Shown piece by piece: positions 14,885-26,579 of a stretch of 64,000 bases of DNA. The stretch's first letter is position 1. The number at the start of each line of letters is the position of its first letter. The notes below the pieces were generated by a model. It worked only from the letters and a program-made list of their open reading frames with translations. It did no database searches and was not told the DNA's origin. The translations under genes were made by a program, and so were the position numbers. Source of the DNA: Setoptus koraiensis (lineage: Eukaryota > Animalia > Arthropoda); the NCBI GenBank assembly GCA_048013815.1, contig CM106586.1, forward strand, positions 682,001 to 746,000, in the 5' to 3' direction.

Positions 14885-15235
14885 TATCAGTGATTCAATT
14901 AGAAAATCCGATAGTTATTGTTATTTGTTGTGTCTTTTTAGCGCTTAATTTTGATTAAGTTGCTATTGGTTTGGTGTTTATTGCTAATCTATTCACGTGA
15001 CTATGTAATCCTATGGAGGTCTGACTTAGTCAAATTTGTGAAAATCCTGAAATTCTCCTCAACATTACACATGTATTCTTATGGAGATTCAACATAGTCT
15101 GTTTTCGCTTCACTCGGAAATATTTCGTATGCAATCCTATGTAGATTTGGCTTGGTCGAATTTGTGAGAAGTTCGGTGGTGACAATTCGAACATCGAAAT
15201 TCGGAATTGAAAATTCGAATTCCTGATGAAAGTTC

Positions 15236-16221
15236 GGGGCTTCTCCGAAAAGACGACACACCCCAATTTGAGTATTTCGGGTATTTATGGGTAGGGTATG
15301 GTGCCTTGATACCGGAATGGGTATTCCGGAAGTGCGGAAATTTCCCGTACCCGAGATACCCGAGATACCGCATACTGGGTATTTTAGGGTATTTGAGGGC
15401 ATATTGACAGTACAGTCGGCCGTACTCACCCGCACGGACATCGGGTAGGGTACTAAGGTCTTCGCATCGGTGGTAGATTGTACCTAGAAGCTAAAGCAAG
15501 AAAATAAAAGTGATCAAACTGAAGAGGCGTGACCAATGCGCACGGCACGAATTGAAACCGCGCATAATCAATTTAAGGATATATCCCCAATGTATATATC
15601 CCCCCATGTAACACCCCAGGCGAAGCCTGACGTCCTAGCCTCGGCCAGTACTCCTTCTAATGAAGGTTCAGGGCCAGAGTTTACGACAGTACGTTAGCTC
15701 TTCCGTTTGCCATGCATCTTGGGCTCGGGCTGGAGAAGGGGTTCGGCCTCCAGTCGTCCACGCCTACGGCCTGCGGCCTCCGGCGGGACGACTGACGGCC
15801 ACCTAACTGAAAAAGATTCTTCCCGTGGACTGGGAGTCGAATGGGCGGGGCCCGTGATCGGATTTCTTCTATATAGGGTGTGAATTTGCTTCAGAGACCG
15901 TAACTAGTTGGTAGTACAGCCGAATAACATCAGTTTTAAAACCGGAAGTGTGACTTGCATATATTGTAGAATATCTCGCGAACGAGTTGATGTAGAAGAT
16001 TTATCTAAACGCTATCACATAGATAGCATGTGGATCTAGACAATCATACAAAAATTGAAGGTCTGAGGCCCCTCTGAGGCCCGAAAAATGCATTTTTCTA
16101 TAACTCCGGAAGTAGAAATTTCCGCACTTCCGGACCACTTTATTTGTTCTTTGGGGCCCCTTCGGAGCCCATATGTGAAGTTTGAAGGAAATCGGAGTGT
16201 GTCGTCTTTTCGGAGAACACC
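15236..16221 (+). mobile_element. Non-autonomous TIR element (~985 bp) with 9-bp TSD
   Basis: TIRs GGGGCTTCTCCGAAAAGACGACACAC / GTGTGTCGTCTTTTCGGAGAACACC; flanks TGAAAGTTC / CGAAAGTTC; the host HINE repeat continues across the insertion. Confidence 0.85.
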
Positions 16222-16230
16222 CGAAAGTTC

Positions 16231-17465
16231 CAGCTGCTCGTTCGGAGTTCGTTGGTCAGTGTTCCAAGTTCGATGGTCATAGTTCGAACTTCGAAATTCG
16301 AAATAGATAATAGTATCACTGTTTCATGTTCGGCAGACGTAGTTTGGTGTTCGATGGTCGATGGTCGAAGTTCGAGGGTCACAATTCGAATTTCGAAATT
16401 GAAAATTCGAATTCCTAATGATAGTTTCATCTGCTCGTTCGGAGTTCGTTGGTCAGTGTTCCAAGTTCGATGGTCATAGTTCGAACTTCGAAATAGATAA
16501 TCGTAGTTTCTGTCTCATGTTCGGTAGACGTAGTTCGGTGTTCGATGGTCGAAGTTCGATAGTTGGAGTTCGATGGTTACAATTCGAAGTTCGAAATTGA
16601 AAATTCGAATTCCTGATGATAGTTTCATCTGCTCGTTCGATGTTCGTGGTTCAGTGTTCGATGGTCAGAGTTCGAAATTCGGAATAGATAATCGTAGTTT
16701 CTGTCTCATGTTCGGTAGACGTAATTCGGTGTTCGATTATCGATGGTCGAGGTTCGATGGTTGGAGTTCGATGGTTACAATTCGAAGTTCGAAATTCGAA
16801 AATTGAAAATTCGAATTTCCGATGAGTTTCAGGTGCTCGTTCGGAGTTGATGGTTCAGTGTTCGATGGTCAAAGTTCGATGGTCACAATTCGAACTTCGA
16901 AATTCGAAATTGAAGATTCGAATTCCTGATGATAGGTTCATCTGCTCGTTCGATGTTCGAGGTCAGTGTTCGATGGTCAATGTTCGATGGTCACAATTCG
17001 AACCCCGAGATTCGAAATTGAAAATTCGAATTTCTGATAAAAGTTTCGGCTGCTCAGTCAGTTCGATGGTCGGAGTTCGATGGTCAGTGTTCGATGGTGA
17101 CAATTCGAATTCCTGATGATAGTTTCAGCTGCTCGTTCGATGTTCGATGGTCACAATTCGAACTTCGAAATTCGAAAATTGAAATTTCGAATTCCTGACA
17201 AAAGTTTCAGCTGCTCGTTCGAAGTTCGATGGTCAGAGTTCGATGGTCGGAGTTCGTAATTCGAAATTGAAAATTTGAATTCCTAATGATAGTTTCATCT
17301 GCTCGTTCGAAGCTCGATGGCCAGAGTTCGATGATCGAAGCTCGATGAAAACAATTCGAACTTCGAACTTCGAAAAGTGAAAATTCGAATTCCTGAAGAT
17401 AGTTTCAGCTGCTCGTTCGATGTTCGATGGTCACAACTCGATCTTCGAAATTCGAAATTGATGCA
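16231..17465 (+). repeat. Expanded internal tandem repeats (~60-80 bp units) of HINE-1
   Basis: Recurring GATAGTTTCAGCTGCTCGTTCGATGTTCGATGGTCA..AATTCGAACTTCGAAATTGAAAATTCGAATTCCT. Confidence 0.9.
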
Positions 17466-17597
17466 CTATAACAGAGTGTGAGCCATTGACTAATTGGTGT
17501 GTCAACCTCAATTACTCATTGTGGCGAAACTGTCCATTAGAATCTTACTAAATTTCGTACGCAAGCAATCAACATATTCATCATGCTGCGATAGAAA

Positions 17598-17945
17598 GGA
17601 CCACTTGCATTTAAGGTCTCCAGAATCAAACTGGCCTGACATACAAAAATTTATTATTTTTGTGATCGGAAGAGATGATCACGAATAGACCCATCGCACC
17701 CTTTAGTTTGACGTATAGCCGCTAGGCGGCGTTGTTGTTTTTGACTTTCGGGGCCTCTGGGGCACCAGTCCTTCGTCATAGAGACTAGTTCTAGATATTG
17801 TTGGATAGATCTTTGTAAAATGCTTCTATGAAGGGTATAATTTTTCCCTAGGCTTGAATCCAAGTTAGAAAAAAAATGAAATTAAAACTTTGGCCCCATT
17901 TTTTGGGATCCCAAGAATGTCCGCCCAGAGATTTGACAGCTCATA
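17598..17945 (+). repeat. Interspersed repeat module J, unclassified
   Basis: Starts AGGACCACTTGCATTTAAGGTCTCCAGAATCAAACTG; also at ~22978-23630 (+), ~29730-30230 (+) and ~57150-57190 (-). Confidence 0.75.
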
Positions 17946-17954
17946 AAAATACCC

Positions 17955-18730
17955 GGTTGTTGTAGCGATTAGGTCCCAGCGCCGATCATGATGAAACTTC
18001 CGGTACAGGTTCATCTTGACCCTTAACTATCGAAAAAAGTGGTCCGGAAGTGCGGAAACTTCCGGTTCCGGTTTTACCTAAAGTTGCTTGTAGAGAATTG
18101 AAACTCACGAGAATGACGTTCTTGATGACGATTAACAGAATGACATAACTTTCAGCACTGCATCACTTCCGGTTCTCCAGTTATAGCGATATCTCTAGAA
18201 TTGAGAGACCAGAAGTCGCCGAATTCAGGCTTCGCTTAACTCAAGGATGAGCCTGCAATTGTTCTGAGAACTCGGCCTGCGGACTCGTATTTTGGAGGCC
18301 GTCACATCTCCGTCGTCGCTACCGCGACGACTTCGTGCGACGGGAACCCTTCGGGCAGGGTTGATGAGCGCTTCGGGTATCGGGCTGCGCCCTCTACCCT
18401 CCGCTCACATGAATGCAATCCAAACACAGCTGCAGGCGGGAAGAGTGAGCGAACCACCCAACAGAGAAAGAAGGGACTGAAACAGACGTGAATACAGAGT
18501 GCAGCGAGCCCGAGGCACAGAATGGGTCCGCTGACCGCAACCGCACAGGCCCGGCCACACCCCAAAATTTGGTTCAACCTCTGTATCTCATGAACCGGAA
18601 GTTAAAGCGGATCAATTTTGGTCTCATCATGCTCCGCTAGGTAGCAACCATCTGATTCTGAAGTTTTGAAGCTCTATCCCAATATATTTGCATCTTCGGA
18701 ACCGGAAGTTTCCGCACTTCCGGACTACTC
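17955..18730 (+). mobile_element. TIR-family element with hairpin cassette D (18266-18422), right end truncated
   Basis: GGTTGTTGTAGCGATTAG terminus, arm C1, cassette D, then right-arm remnants. Confidence 0.8.
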
Positions 18731-18942
18731 TATTCATTATATTGGGCCTATAGCGACAATACTAGGAACAGAAAATTGATCAGACTTGCACAGATCGTGT
18801 ATGGCACAATGCTAGCTGTCTCTAGAAAGTTTCAAGAATTTATCCTGGTGAGAACAGTTTCGAAAATTGTACATAATGTCGAGACACATGTGCTAAAATA
18901 TGGCCTATAGCGCCAATACTAGAAACAGAAAATTGATCAGAC

Positions 18943-19405
18943 TTGGATGATGAAACTTATTGCTATAAAGATCCAGATCAGAATCCAGGAAAATCTTTCT
19001 TTTTAACAGAGGAGGGATCCAACTTACCATGCAATATCTCAACCGGCACTATGAACCAAACTAGTTATTCATATGTTCTCAAGCACATTTTGATGCCTTG
19101 GATAAGGTCCAATTTCAACATGGAAGATGTTTTATTCTGGCCAGACCTTGCCACATGCCATTATTCAAGAACTGTATTAGAGTATTTAAACAGTGAAAAA
19201 TTGAGGTTTGTTTCCAAGGATGAAAACGCACCCAATTTGCCTCAAGCTCGCCCAATTGAAAAATACTGGGCTTAAGTCAAGCGCGAGTATCGTAAGTATG
19301 ATGGTAAGGCCAAAAGCTTGATGAGTTTCTCAAGAAGATGGAATATATGCTCCAAGAAAGTCATAGAAAACTCCGGAATGGCCCTCTTCAGCGATCTTCG
19401 CCACA
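18943..19405 (+). pseudogene. Tc1/mariner (ITm) DD37E-type transposase fragment
   Basis: DDETY, WPDLATCHY and NAPNLPQARPIEKYWA motifs; 37 residues between 2nd D and E; internal deletion and a stop. Confidence 0.85.
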
Positions 19406-20038
19406 AGTTAGATGGTCAGAGTTCGATGGTCACAATTCGAACTTCAAAATTCGAAATTCGAATTTCTGATGATAGTTTCAGCTGCTCTGTCGTAGTTCGA
19501 TGGTAACAATTTGAACTTCAAAATTGAAAATTCGAATTTCTGATAAGAGTTCCAGCTGCTCAGTCGGAGTTCGATGATCAGAGTTCGATGGTGGTGGGCA
19601 ATCAACATGTGTATCGTGCTGCGATAGAAATTTGAAGAACTTGTATTTATTTGGTCGCTCCTCGGCTGCACTGATCTGACAAGTATAGTTGTTCATCTCC
19701 GACATGCCATCACATACTCAGGTCTACATTCCAAGGATACTCGTTTATCCAAAAAATCAAGCGCTCGAGATACTGATTAAATCAGTATTACTTGTTTCCT
19801 TGACATCAATTTTAGTTTACATGGACAGGTGCCCGAGATTACCTGAATAGTTGATTTATCCGTCTGCTTTACTCAGCCACATGGTTCATTATTTGATCTT
19901 GGCTCGAGCTAAGGTGAACAGCATGTCGAATGCCTCTGGTTTTAGCCAATCTCATTATACTCTGCCTGCGTTAAACGTGCCGACAAATGACCATTACGTG
20001 ATCGCCTTGAACCAGTGTTCATTTTGTCTAAAACGATA

Positions 20039-20538
20039 NNNNNNNNNNNNNNNNNNNNNNNNNNNNNNNNNNNNNNNNNNNNNNNNNNNNNNNNNNNNNN
20101 NNNNNNNNNNNNNNNNNNNNNNNNNNNNNNNNNNNNNNNNNNNNNNNNNNNNNNNNNNNNNNNNNNNNNNNNNNNNNNNNNNNNNNNNNNNNNNNNNNNN
20201 NNNNNNNNNNNNNNNNNNNNNNNNNNNNNNNNNNNNNNNNNNNNNNNNNNNNNNNNNNNNNNNNNNNNNNNNNNNNNNNNNNNNNNNNNNNNNNNNNNNN
20301 NNNNNNNNNNNNNNNNNNNNNNNNNNNNNNNNNNNNNNNNNNNNNNNNNNNNNNNNNNNNNNNNNNNNNNNNNNNNNNNNNNNNNNNNNNNNNNNNNNNN
20401 NNNNNNNNNNNNNNNNNNNNNNNNNNNNNNNNNNNNNNNNNNNNNNNNNNNNNNNNNNNNNNNNNNNNNNNNNNNNNNNNNNNNNNNNNNNNNNNNNNNN
20501 NNNNNNNNNNNNNNNNNNNNNNNNNNNNNNNNNNNNNN
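20039..20538. other. Assembly gap (500 N)
   Basis: Run of N. Confidence 1.
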
Positions 20539-20854
20539 AGGACGTCAGGCTTCGCCTGGGGTGTTACTCTTTTCTGGTAGAACAATCCCAAATGTTTTGG
20601 GGTATATCCTTCAATTGATTGTGCGCGGCTCCTTCAATTTAGCACAGAGGAAGCCAAGCTGTGCAGAATTCGTACCTAGCGCACGGGAAGCTAGATGCGT
20701 TATAACTAGAAGATTACAGCACAGCAGAAACTACTCAACCATTTAAGGTATCTAAACGTTAACAATGTTATCTCTAAAGAGATTCGACTTATTCCTTACG
20801 GCATTGGAAAATTCGAATTTATGGTAAGAGTTTCAGCTACACGTTCAAAGTCTG

Positions 20855-22977
20855 TGATTAAGTGTGTACCGGATCTTGATGAATTTTCCGGTATAGGTCT
20901 ATTCTGACCTAACTAAGACGAAAAAAGTGGTCCGGAAGCCAGGAAACTTCCGGTTCCGGTTTTACATAAAGTTAAAGCTAGAGCTCTGAAATTCACTACA
21001 GAGACGTTTCAAGCTACGCTGAACACGATGACATAATTTCCAGCTCTGTGCGACTTCCGGTTTTCGAGATATAGAGATATTACTGGGGTTAGAATACCGG
21101 AAGTGACCAAATTATTGCTTCGCTGCGCTCAGGGATGCACATGCGGTGTGTCTGAGAACTCGGCCTGCGGCCTCGTATTCTGGAGGCCGTCACATCTCCG
21201 TCGTCGCTCCCGCGACGACTGCGTGCGACGGGAACCCTTCGGGTAGGGTTGATGAGCGCTTCGGGTATCGGGCTGCGCCCTCTACCCTCCGCTCACATGA
21301 CTGCAATCCAAACACAGCTGCAGGCGGGAAGAGTGAACGAACCAACCAAAAGGAGAAAAAGAAACAAGGGGAAACGAATTTTTACAATTTAATTTATTTT
21401 ATCTTTATTAATTCAAGAAATTTGACAAATGGGTCCGAGTTCCCTTCTCGGCATCTGCGGCGCCATATGTACTCCGCCAGATGGGTTGAAATCCGCGCAT
21501 GGCGACGTCCACCGGGAGTGAAGTCCCGACGGAGAGCCCTCCATTGCGACTCGATCCGCTGGGTGTGGGTCCCATCATCGGCTACGAACTCTTCCGAGTG
21601 ATTAACCACCCGGTGCTCGTAGCCTAGGGCCACGAGGCCTTCATAGGCCTTCCAGCCATCCGTGTGGATGACGCTGCCCGAGCGGACGTGTCGCTGGATG
21701 ATCGGCTCCAGGTCCGCTCTCGAGCGGCCTGGGCAGATCTCCAGTTGGACCGCCCCGTCCTCGTCGATCATACCGAGCACCCAGGTGCGGCCCGGTATGA
21801 CTCGGCCGCGGTTATATTTCCGCCGGCCGATCAGCGCCTCGTCCACTTGGACCACCTTACCCCGGCCTCCGATCATCGTCCGTGGCCATGGCTTTGCAGC
21901 CACGTCAACCACGAACTCCCGGAAGTCCTCGAACCATCTCGCGATGGTTGAGTCCGCTAGGGCAGGCTCATCCTCGAAGATGCAATTCCGCCTCGTGGTC
22001 TCATAACTATCCCCATTGGCAAAGCTCAATGCTAGCATCAGCACCTTGCCTAGGGGTAGCCGAGAGTCCTCGAAGGCGGTGCCCTTCAAGGCTGACGTTC
22101 TGAGGTCGCAAGACCTGCAGCGCCAGTAGAGCTTGCCCTGCTTGACCTCGAGGTCGCAGGGTTTTCGGTGTCTCCAGCATTGATGAGGGACTCCGAGGAT
22201 GCCCGCACTTAGACACCAGTTGGCACAGGCCAGGGTATCCCCCAGCTGTGCCTCGCGGTCTAGGCGGACAGGGCCCCATCGTCCTCTCAACATTGGTGCT
22301 GTGACCGAGTCTTGGCTCTCCACTTCGTAATCTGGAGGCCGTCACATCTCCGTCGTCGCTTTCGCGACGACTCCGTGCGACGGGAACCCTTCGGGTAGGG
22401 TTGATGAGCGCTTCGGGTATCGGGCTACGCCCTCTACCCTCCGCTCACATGACTGCAATCCATACCCTGTCAAAAGAGATGATCAGACTGCGAACTGTGA
22501 AGCGCATGATTTCACGGCATCCCATCGAATGCGCAGGCTTCCGATTTAACAGTTCATCAATCAGCGTAATTCCGACCGATTGCGCAAGTATAGCTTCTGG
22601 CAGGTCGTCTGAATATGGCATTCCATCAAACAAAGACCCGTTCGCAGAACTTGCTAAGATCATGCGCATAGAATAGGAGCAAGAGGTGAAAACCAAGAAA
22701 AATTGCCCTTATCAGGGCAACCCCAACTTTCTCTCGGTTTTTCCCAAAAATCTCGAGAACCGCGCGTCCAACATGGCTGAAATTGATAGCGTTGTGCTCA
22801 GCATTCTTGAATCTACCAGTATACCGAGTTTTGAGTCTGTATCTCAAAGTTTTATTAAAACCGGAACCGGAAGTTTCCGCACTTTCGGACCACTCAATTT
22901 GTAGTAAGGAGGCGCTACGGGCCCCATGTGTGAAGTTTCATCTCAATAGAAGTGTGGCGCTCTTCGGGACTACACCC
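20855..22977 (+). mobile_element. TIR-family element carrying a Merlin transposase between two copies of cassette D
   Basis: Left arm C1 (diverged terminus) + D (21154-21310); Merlin ORF; partial D (22327-22462); right arm ending ..GGGACTACACC. No TSD recognised. Confidence 0.6.
21394..22323 (-). CDS. Merlin/IS1595-like (ISXO2) DDE transposase, 5'-truncated but uninterrupted
   Basis: N-terminal Cys motif (C..H..C..WRCRSC), VQVDEALIGRRKYNRGR, IHTDGWKAY, HRVVNHS, HTQRIESQW; 309 codons without a stop. Confidence 0.9.
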   Translation of the reverse strand: MESQDSVTAPMLRGRWGPVRLDREAQLGDTLACANWCLSAGILGVPHQCWRHRKPCDLEVKQGKLYWRCRSCDLRTSALKGTAFEDSRLPLGKVLMLALSFANGDSYETTRRNCIFEDEPALADSTIARWFEDFREFVVDVAAKPWPRTMIGGRGKVVQVDEALIGRRKYNRGRVIPGRTWVLGMIDEDGAVQLEICPGRSRADLEPIIQRHVRSGSVIHTDGWKAYEGLVALGYEHRVVNHSEEFVADDGTHTQRIESQWRALRRDFTPGGRRHARISTHLAEYIWRRRCREGNSDPFVKFLELIKIK

Positions 22978-23989
22978 AGGACCACTTGCATTTAGGGTCT
23001 CCAGAATCAAACTGATCTGACATATATAAATTTAGTATTTTTGTGATCGGAAGAGCCTCTTGATCACGAATATAACAATTGCATCATCCTTTAGTCCGAC
23101 GTTTGGCCACTAGGCGGCGTTGCTGTTTTTCGCTTTGAGGGCCTCTGGAGCCCTAGTCTTTTGTCATAGAGACACGTTCTTGGTATTGTTGGATAGATCT
23201 CTAGAAGATGCATCTATAGAGGGTATAATTTTTCCCCAGACTCGAATACGAGTCCATAAAAAATTCGAAGGAAAACTTTGGCCCCATTTTGAAGGGCCCC
23301 AAAAATGTCCGCCCAGCAATTTGACAGCTCATAAAAATGACCCCATAATAGAGCTTCAAAAAAATATATAATACAACGGAATCAAAATGAACGTCGATGA
23401 CCAAAAATGAAAAAAACCTCTCACACATCCCCTCGAATTAGAGATAAAAGGCAGACCGGGTGCTCTGTTGATTAGGAGCAAAGCTCGATTTCCATAAAAA
23501 TCGACACGTGGGCTCTGAATGGGCCCATGAAGACGTTCTCGACAGTCCAGAAGTGAGGTAGAGCCTACTTCCGGAGATAAGAAAAAACCCGAATTTCGGG
23601 CCTCAGAGGGGCCTCAAAACAACTATATTCTCACAGTTGTCTAGATTGTTATATCAATTTTGAAGTAGAGTGGAAATCCACACTCTGCGTCACCTGAACC
23701 GTTAGAAATTCACTGTTAGTTATGTTAGGTACGCATACGCACTGCTGTAGATGTTGGGAGGCCCAAGGCCGATCGTAAAAGGGGTCAGTAGTACTGACAG
23801 TACCATTCAATCAGTGACCCATTCCAATAGCGGGTGTTGTAGCGAATAGCGACCCAGTCAGATTTCGATGAAAATTCACACATGGGGCCCGTAGAGCCCC
23901 CTGACAACATTTTGGATGGTCCGGAAGTGCGGAAACTTCCGGTTTCACAAAAACTTTGAGATACAGATTTGAAACTCACTAGATAATTG

Positions 23990-24950
23990 AAACCAGACAT
24001 TGGTCATCTACATCCCTTGGACAGAGAGGTCCAAATACTCAAGACAACAAGAAGAAATCCGAAATGGTCCTCCGAAACGACTAACGGCTACCTTGTAGGG
24101 TTCACATCTCGATCGAACATCTACCGGATGTATGTAGCTGAGGAGAAGGACGTTCGAGTTAGTTGCGACGTTATCTTCGACAACCACAAGAATGAGACCA
24201 TGAGAACTGAAGATAACAGTGATCAGGATGTCATTGACACTGCAGACATGCAACCCAAATCACGCACGCAACACGACCTTGACGAACAACCTATGCTAAT
24301 AGACAACGACGAAATTCAGACGCGATCGAACGACCGACAAATGAGTACCGAATAACCAATGGAAATGGACAACAATGAAGAGCAATCGCGATCACGCAGT
24401 GAACAGTCAAACGCTGATCAAACGTTAGAAGGACGTGACCGGGCTGATCAAGCCTCAAACAATGGCAACGACGACCCGGCCGACACTAGCATCGAGAGCC
24501 CTGACTATAGTGCCCTCACAATTGCTGCTGACACATCTGCAGCAAATGAAACTAGCTCTGGACGAGTTGACTGTCCGGGCTCAAGCAAGACTGCTGACGA
24601 CGAGAACAAAGAGACCTGCCGTTTGAGAGCTTGGCAGAGCACTACGCGCGGACGCAAGGTGTCCAACGCAAACAAACCGAACCAAATGCCAGCTTCATGG
24701 AACAATCACGTGTCGATATGTGTATGCGGAACCACTAACCGACCGTAAGGCAATGAATGCTGCAGACCATCAGCTGTGGCGGTTTTTCGTTGGAGAAAAA
24801 CGAATCGTGGTCAATCGTCCAACGGCCCAAAGGCAAAGAAACCATGACTACAAGATGGATATTCAAAGTGAAGGAATTGAAAACTGGCGGAATAGGACGA
24901 TATAAAGCCAGGCTGATGGTCCGAGGCTCTGTCCAGAGGGAAGGCTTAAC
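23990..24950 (+). pseudogene. Ty1/copia pol fragment (integrase C-terminal SH3-like region, linker, RT N-terminus)
   Basis: GYLVGFTSRSNIYRMY..VSCDVIF; RWIFKVKE..RYKARLMVRGSVQREG; frameshifts. Confidence 0.85.
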
Positions 24951-24954
24951 TCAG

Positions 24955-25318
24955 GCCCCAACTGGACCCAATTTCTACGAACCACGTCACTGCCGTCTAA
25001 TAACTAACCAAATCATCACCAGACCTACGATATGACTGAAGCATGATGGCCGTAGACTGCGCATCAACTGCCAGGAATACAAAGTCACAATCAATGGTAC
25101 CCAGAATTATATCTTCTCACTAGAAACAGAGATTCCATTTATCATCAATGATTATTCCTACAATTACGCTCACGTAGACATCAGGAGCACATATTCAATC
25201 GAAATTCCGGAACACATAAATCTACATCTTGGTTTACGAAAAGAAGAATTCACAGCCCTGACCGCCGAAGATATCGAGAAGCTGGAAAAGCTTTTGCATA
25301 CTATTCTACTCCAATAAA
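24955..25318 (+). pseudogene. env-like glycoprotein C-terminal fragment
   Basis: HCRLITNQ..RINCQEYKVTINGTQNYIFSL aligns by eye with 41165-41640 (ACYPNIN..YIYCKGNTIEMNG..PYVFSV). Confidence 0.5.
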
Positions 25319-25454
25319 CTAGCGTTAGTGCTACACGCCGGAACTTCAAAAGGTAAAGCCAAAAATAGTATCATCGAGGCAAGAAAAGGTCACGTGTTAA
25401 TAAATAATGATAATAATAAACCGAGGCTCCTACCAACCTCAGTCCTGCACAGCT

Positions 25455-25934
25455 AGAAATCAAAGACTCAGAGGCATGGGAACTCATCGTAACATCACTA
25501 AAACATCATGTAATGGACAAAGTCGTCACCTGCGAGATAGCCAGAGAGGTTTGGGACCGCTTAAAAGTCACCTACGAACAGGATGGCGATACAAGTCTAA
25601 CCGCCAACTACATTCTATTCTTCACCATGCACATGGAACCAAAAGAAGAAATATCCAGTTACATCGGTAAGATGGAACAACTCGTGGACAAGATAACAAC
25701 GCAAGGAGAGACTCTCAGTGATAGACTCTTACGAGCTAACTTATTGAGAGGGCTCAATCAGGAGTATGATGTATTCCAGCAAGTATGGGACGGAACCGTC
25801 ATAAAATCATTCAAAATACTCAAGGATTGACTAATTCTTGAGGAGATGAACATCAAATCAAGATCCACTGGTCCAGCAACTACTTCAAAGAGCGCATCAG
25901 CGTTCTACGTCAAAGAACAAAACAAATATTCGAA
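25455..25934 (+). pseudogene. Ty1/copia gag (UBN2-like) fragment
   Basis: AREVWDRLKVTYEQ..MEPKEEISSYIGKMEQLVDKI..LLRGLNQEYD; ends at a Helentron-like 3' terminus. Confidence 0.8.
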
Positions 25935-26572
25935 CAAGTGATACTGATTCCGTCAGTATCTCGAGCGCTTAATTTTTTGGTTAGACGAGTATCGTTGGAA
26001 TATGGATGCGAGTATGTGACACCATGTCAGAGATGAACATCTATGCCTGTCAGATCAGAGTAGTCGGTCAAAATGTGTATCACGTTGTGATAGGAATATG
26101 AAGAATTTGTATTTATTATGTCATCTTTTCGGCTACTCTGATTCGACAGGCATAGATGTTCAACTCCGACATAATATAACATACTCGCATCTATGTTTGA
26201 ACGATACTTGATCGCTATGATACATCCGCATTTTCATGCACTATTTTATGTTCGAAAATCAGCCATAGTTTCCAAGTTTGTCAAGTTGGTTGTAAGTTCT
26301 TGGTTAAGAGTTCAATGGTCGATGTGCCAACAAGGGTTTATATGACTATAGTGTTTCTGGATACTCATTTCTCTACAATACGAAGAAAATTTTGTTTGAT
26401 GTTAGATCCATCTTGATATGTGCCAGTTTCGGAACTGTTCGCAACAGAATACTTTGATGATACTTTCCAGAGACAGCTAGCATTTATAACTACGCAATGA
26501 ACTTTCCATACATCTAAGAGCATTCACTAGAAAAATCAAGCGCTCTTATACTGTTATAATCAGTATAACTTG
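25935..26572. mobile_element. Composite of two Helentron-like 3' ends facing outward (B1 and B2)
   Basis: CAAGTGATACTGATTCCGTCAGTATCTCGAGCGCTTAATTTT at the left; AAAATCAAGCGCTCTTATACTGTTATAATCAGTATAACTTG at the right. Confidence 0.75.
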
Positions 26573-26579
26573 TAATATG

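Larger units (their letters stand above)
14938..19794 (+). mobile_element. Helentron/DINE-1-like element (HINE-1 type) interrupted by nested insertions
   Basis: 5' TTAGCGCTTAATTTTGATTAAG at 14938; internal TTCGAA/GATGGTC repeats; 3' AAAATCAAGCGCTCGAGATACTGATTAAATCAGTATTACTTG at 19794. Same layout as the uninterrupted copy 38122-38755. Confidence 0.7.

Noticed and set aside
15607-15620. TGTAACACCCC as an LTR start
   Set aside because: The copy at 20559-20568 lacks the TG, no PBS, PPT or partner LTR is present, and it lies inside a TIR element.
16231-17465. Heat-shock element arrays in the GAA/TTC-rich repeats
   Set aside because: Spacing is mostly TTCGAA or GAAnTTC, not runs of alternating nGAAn pentamers.
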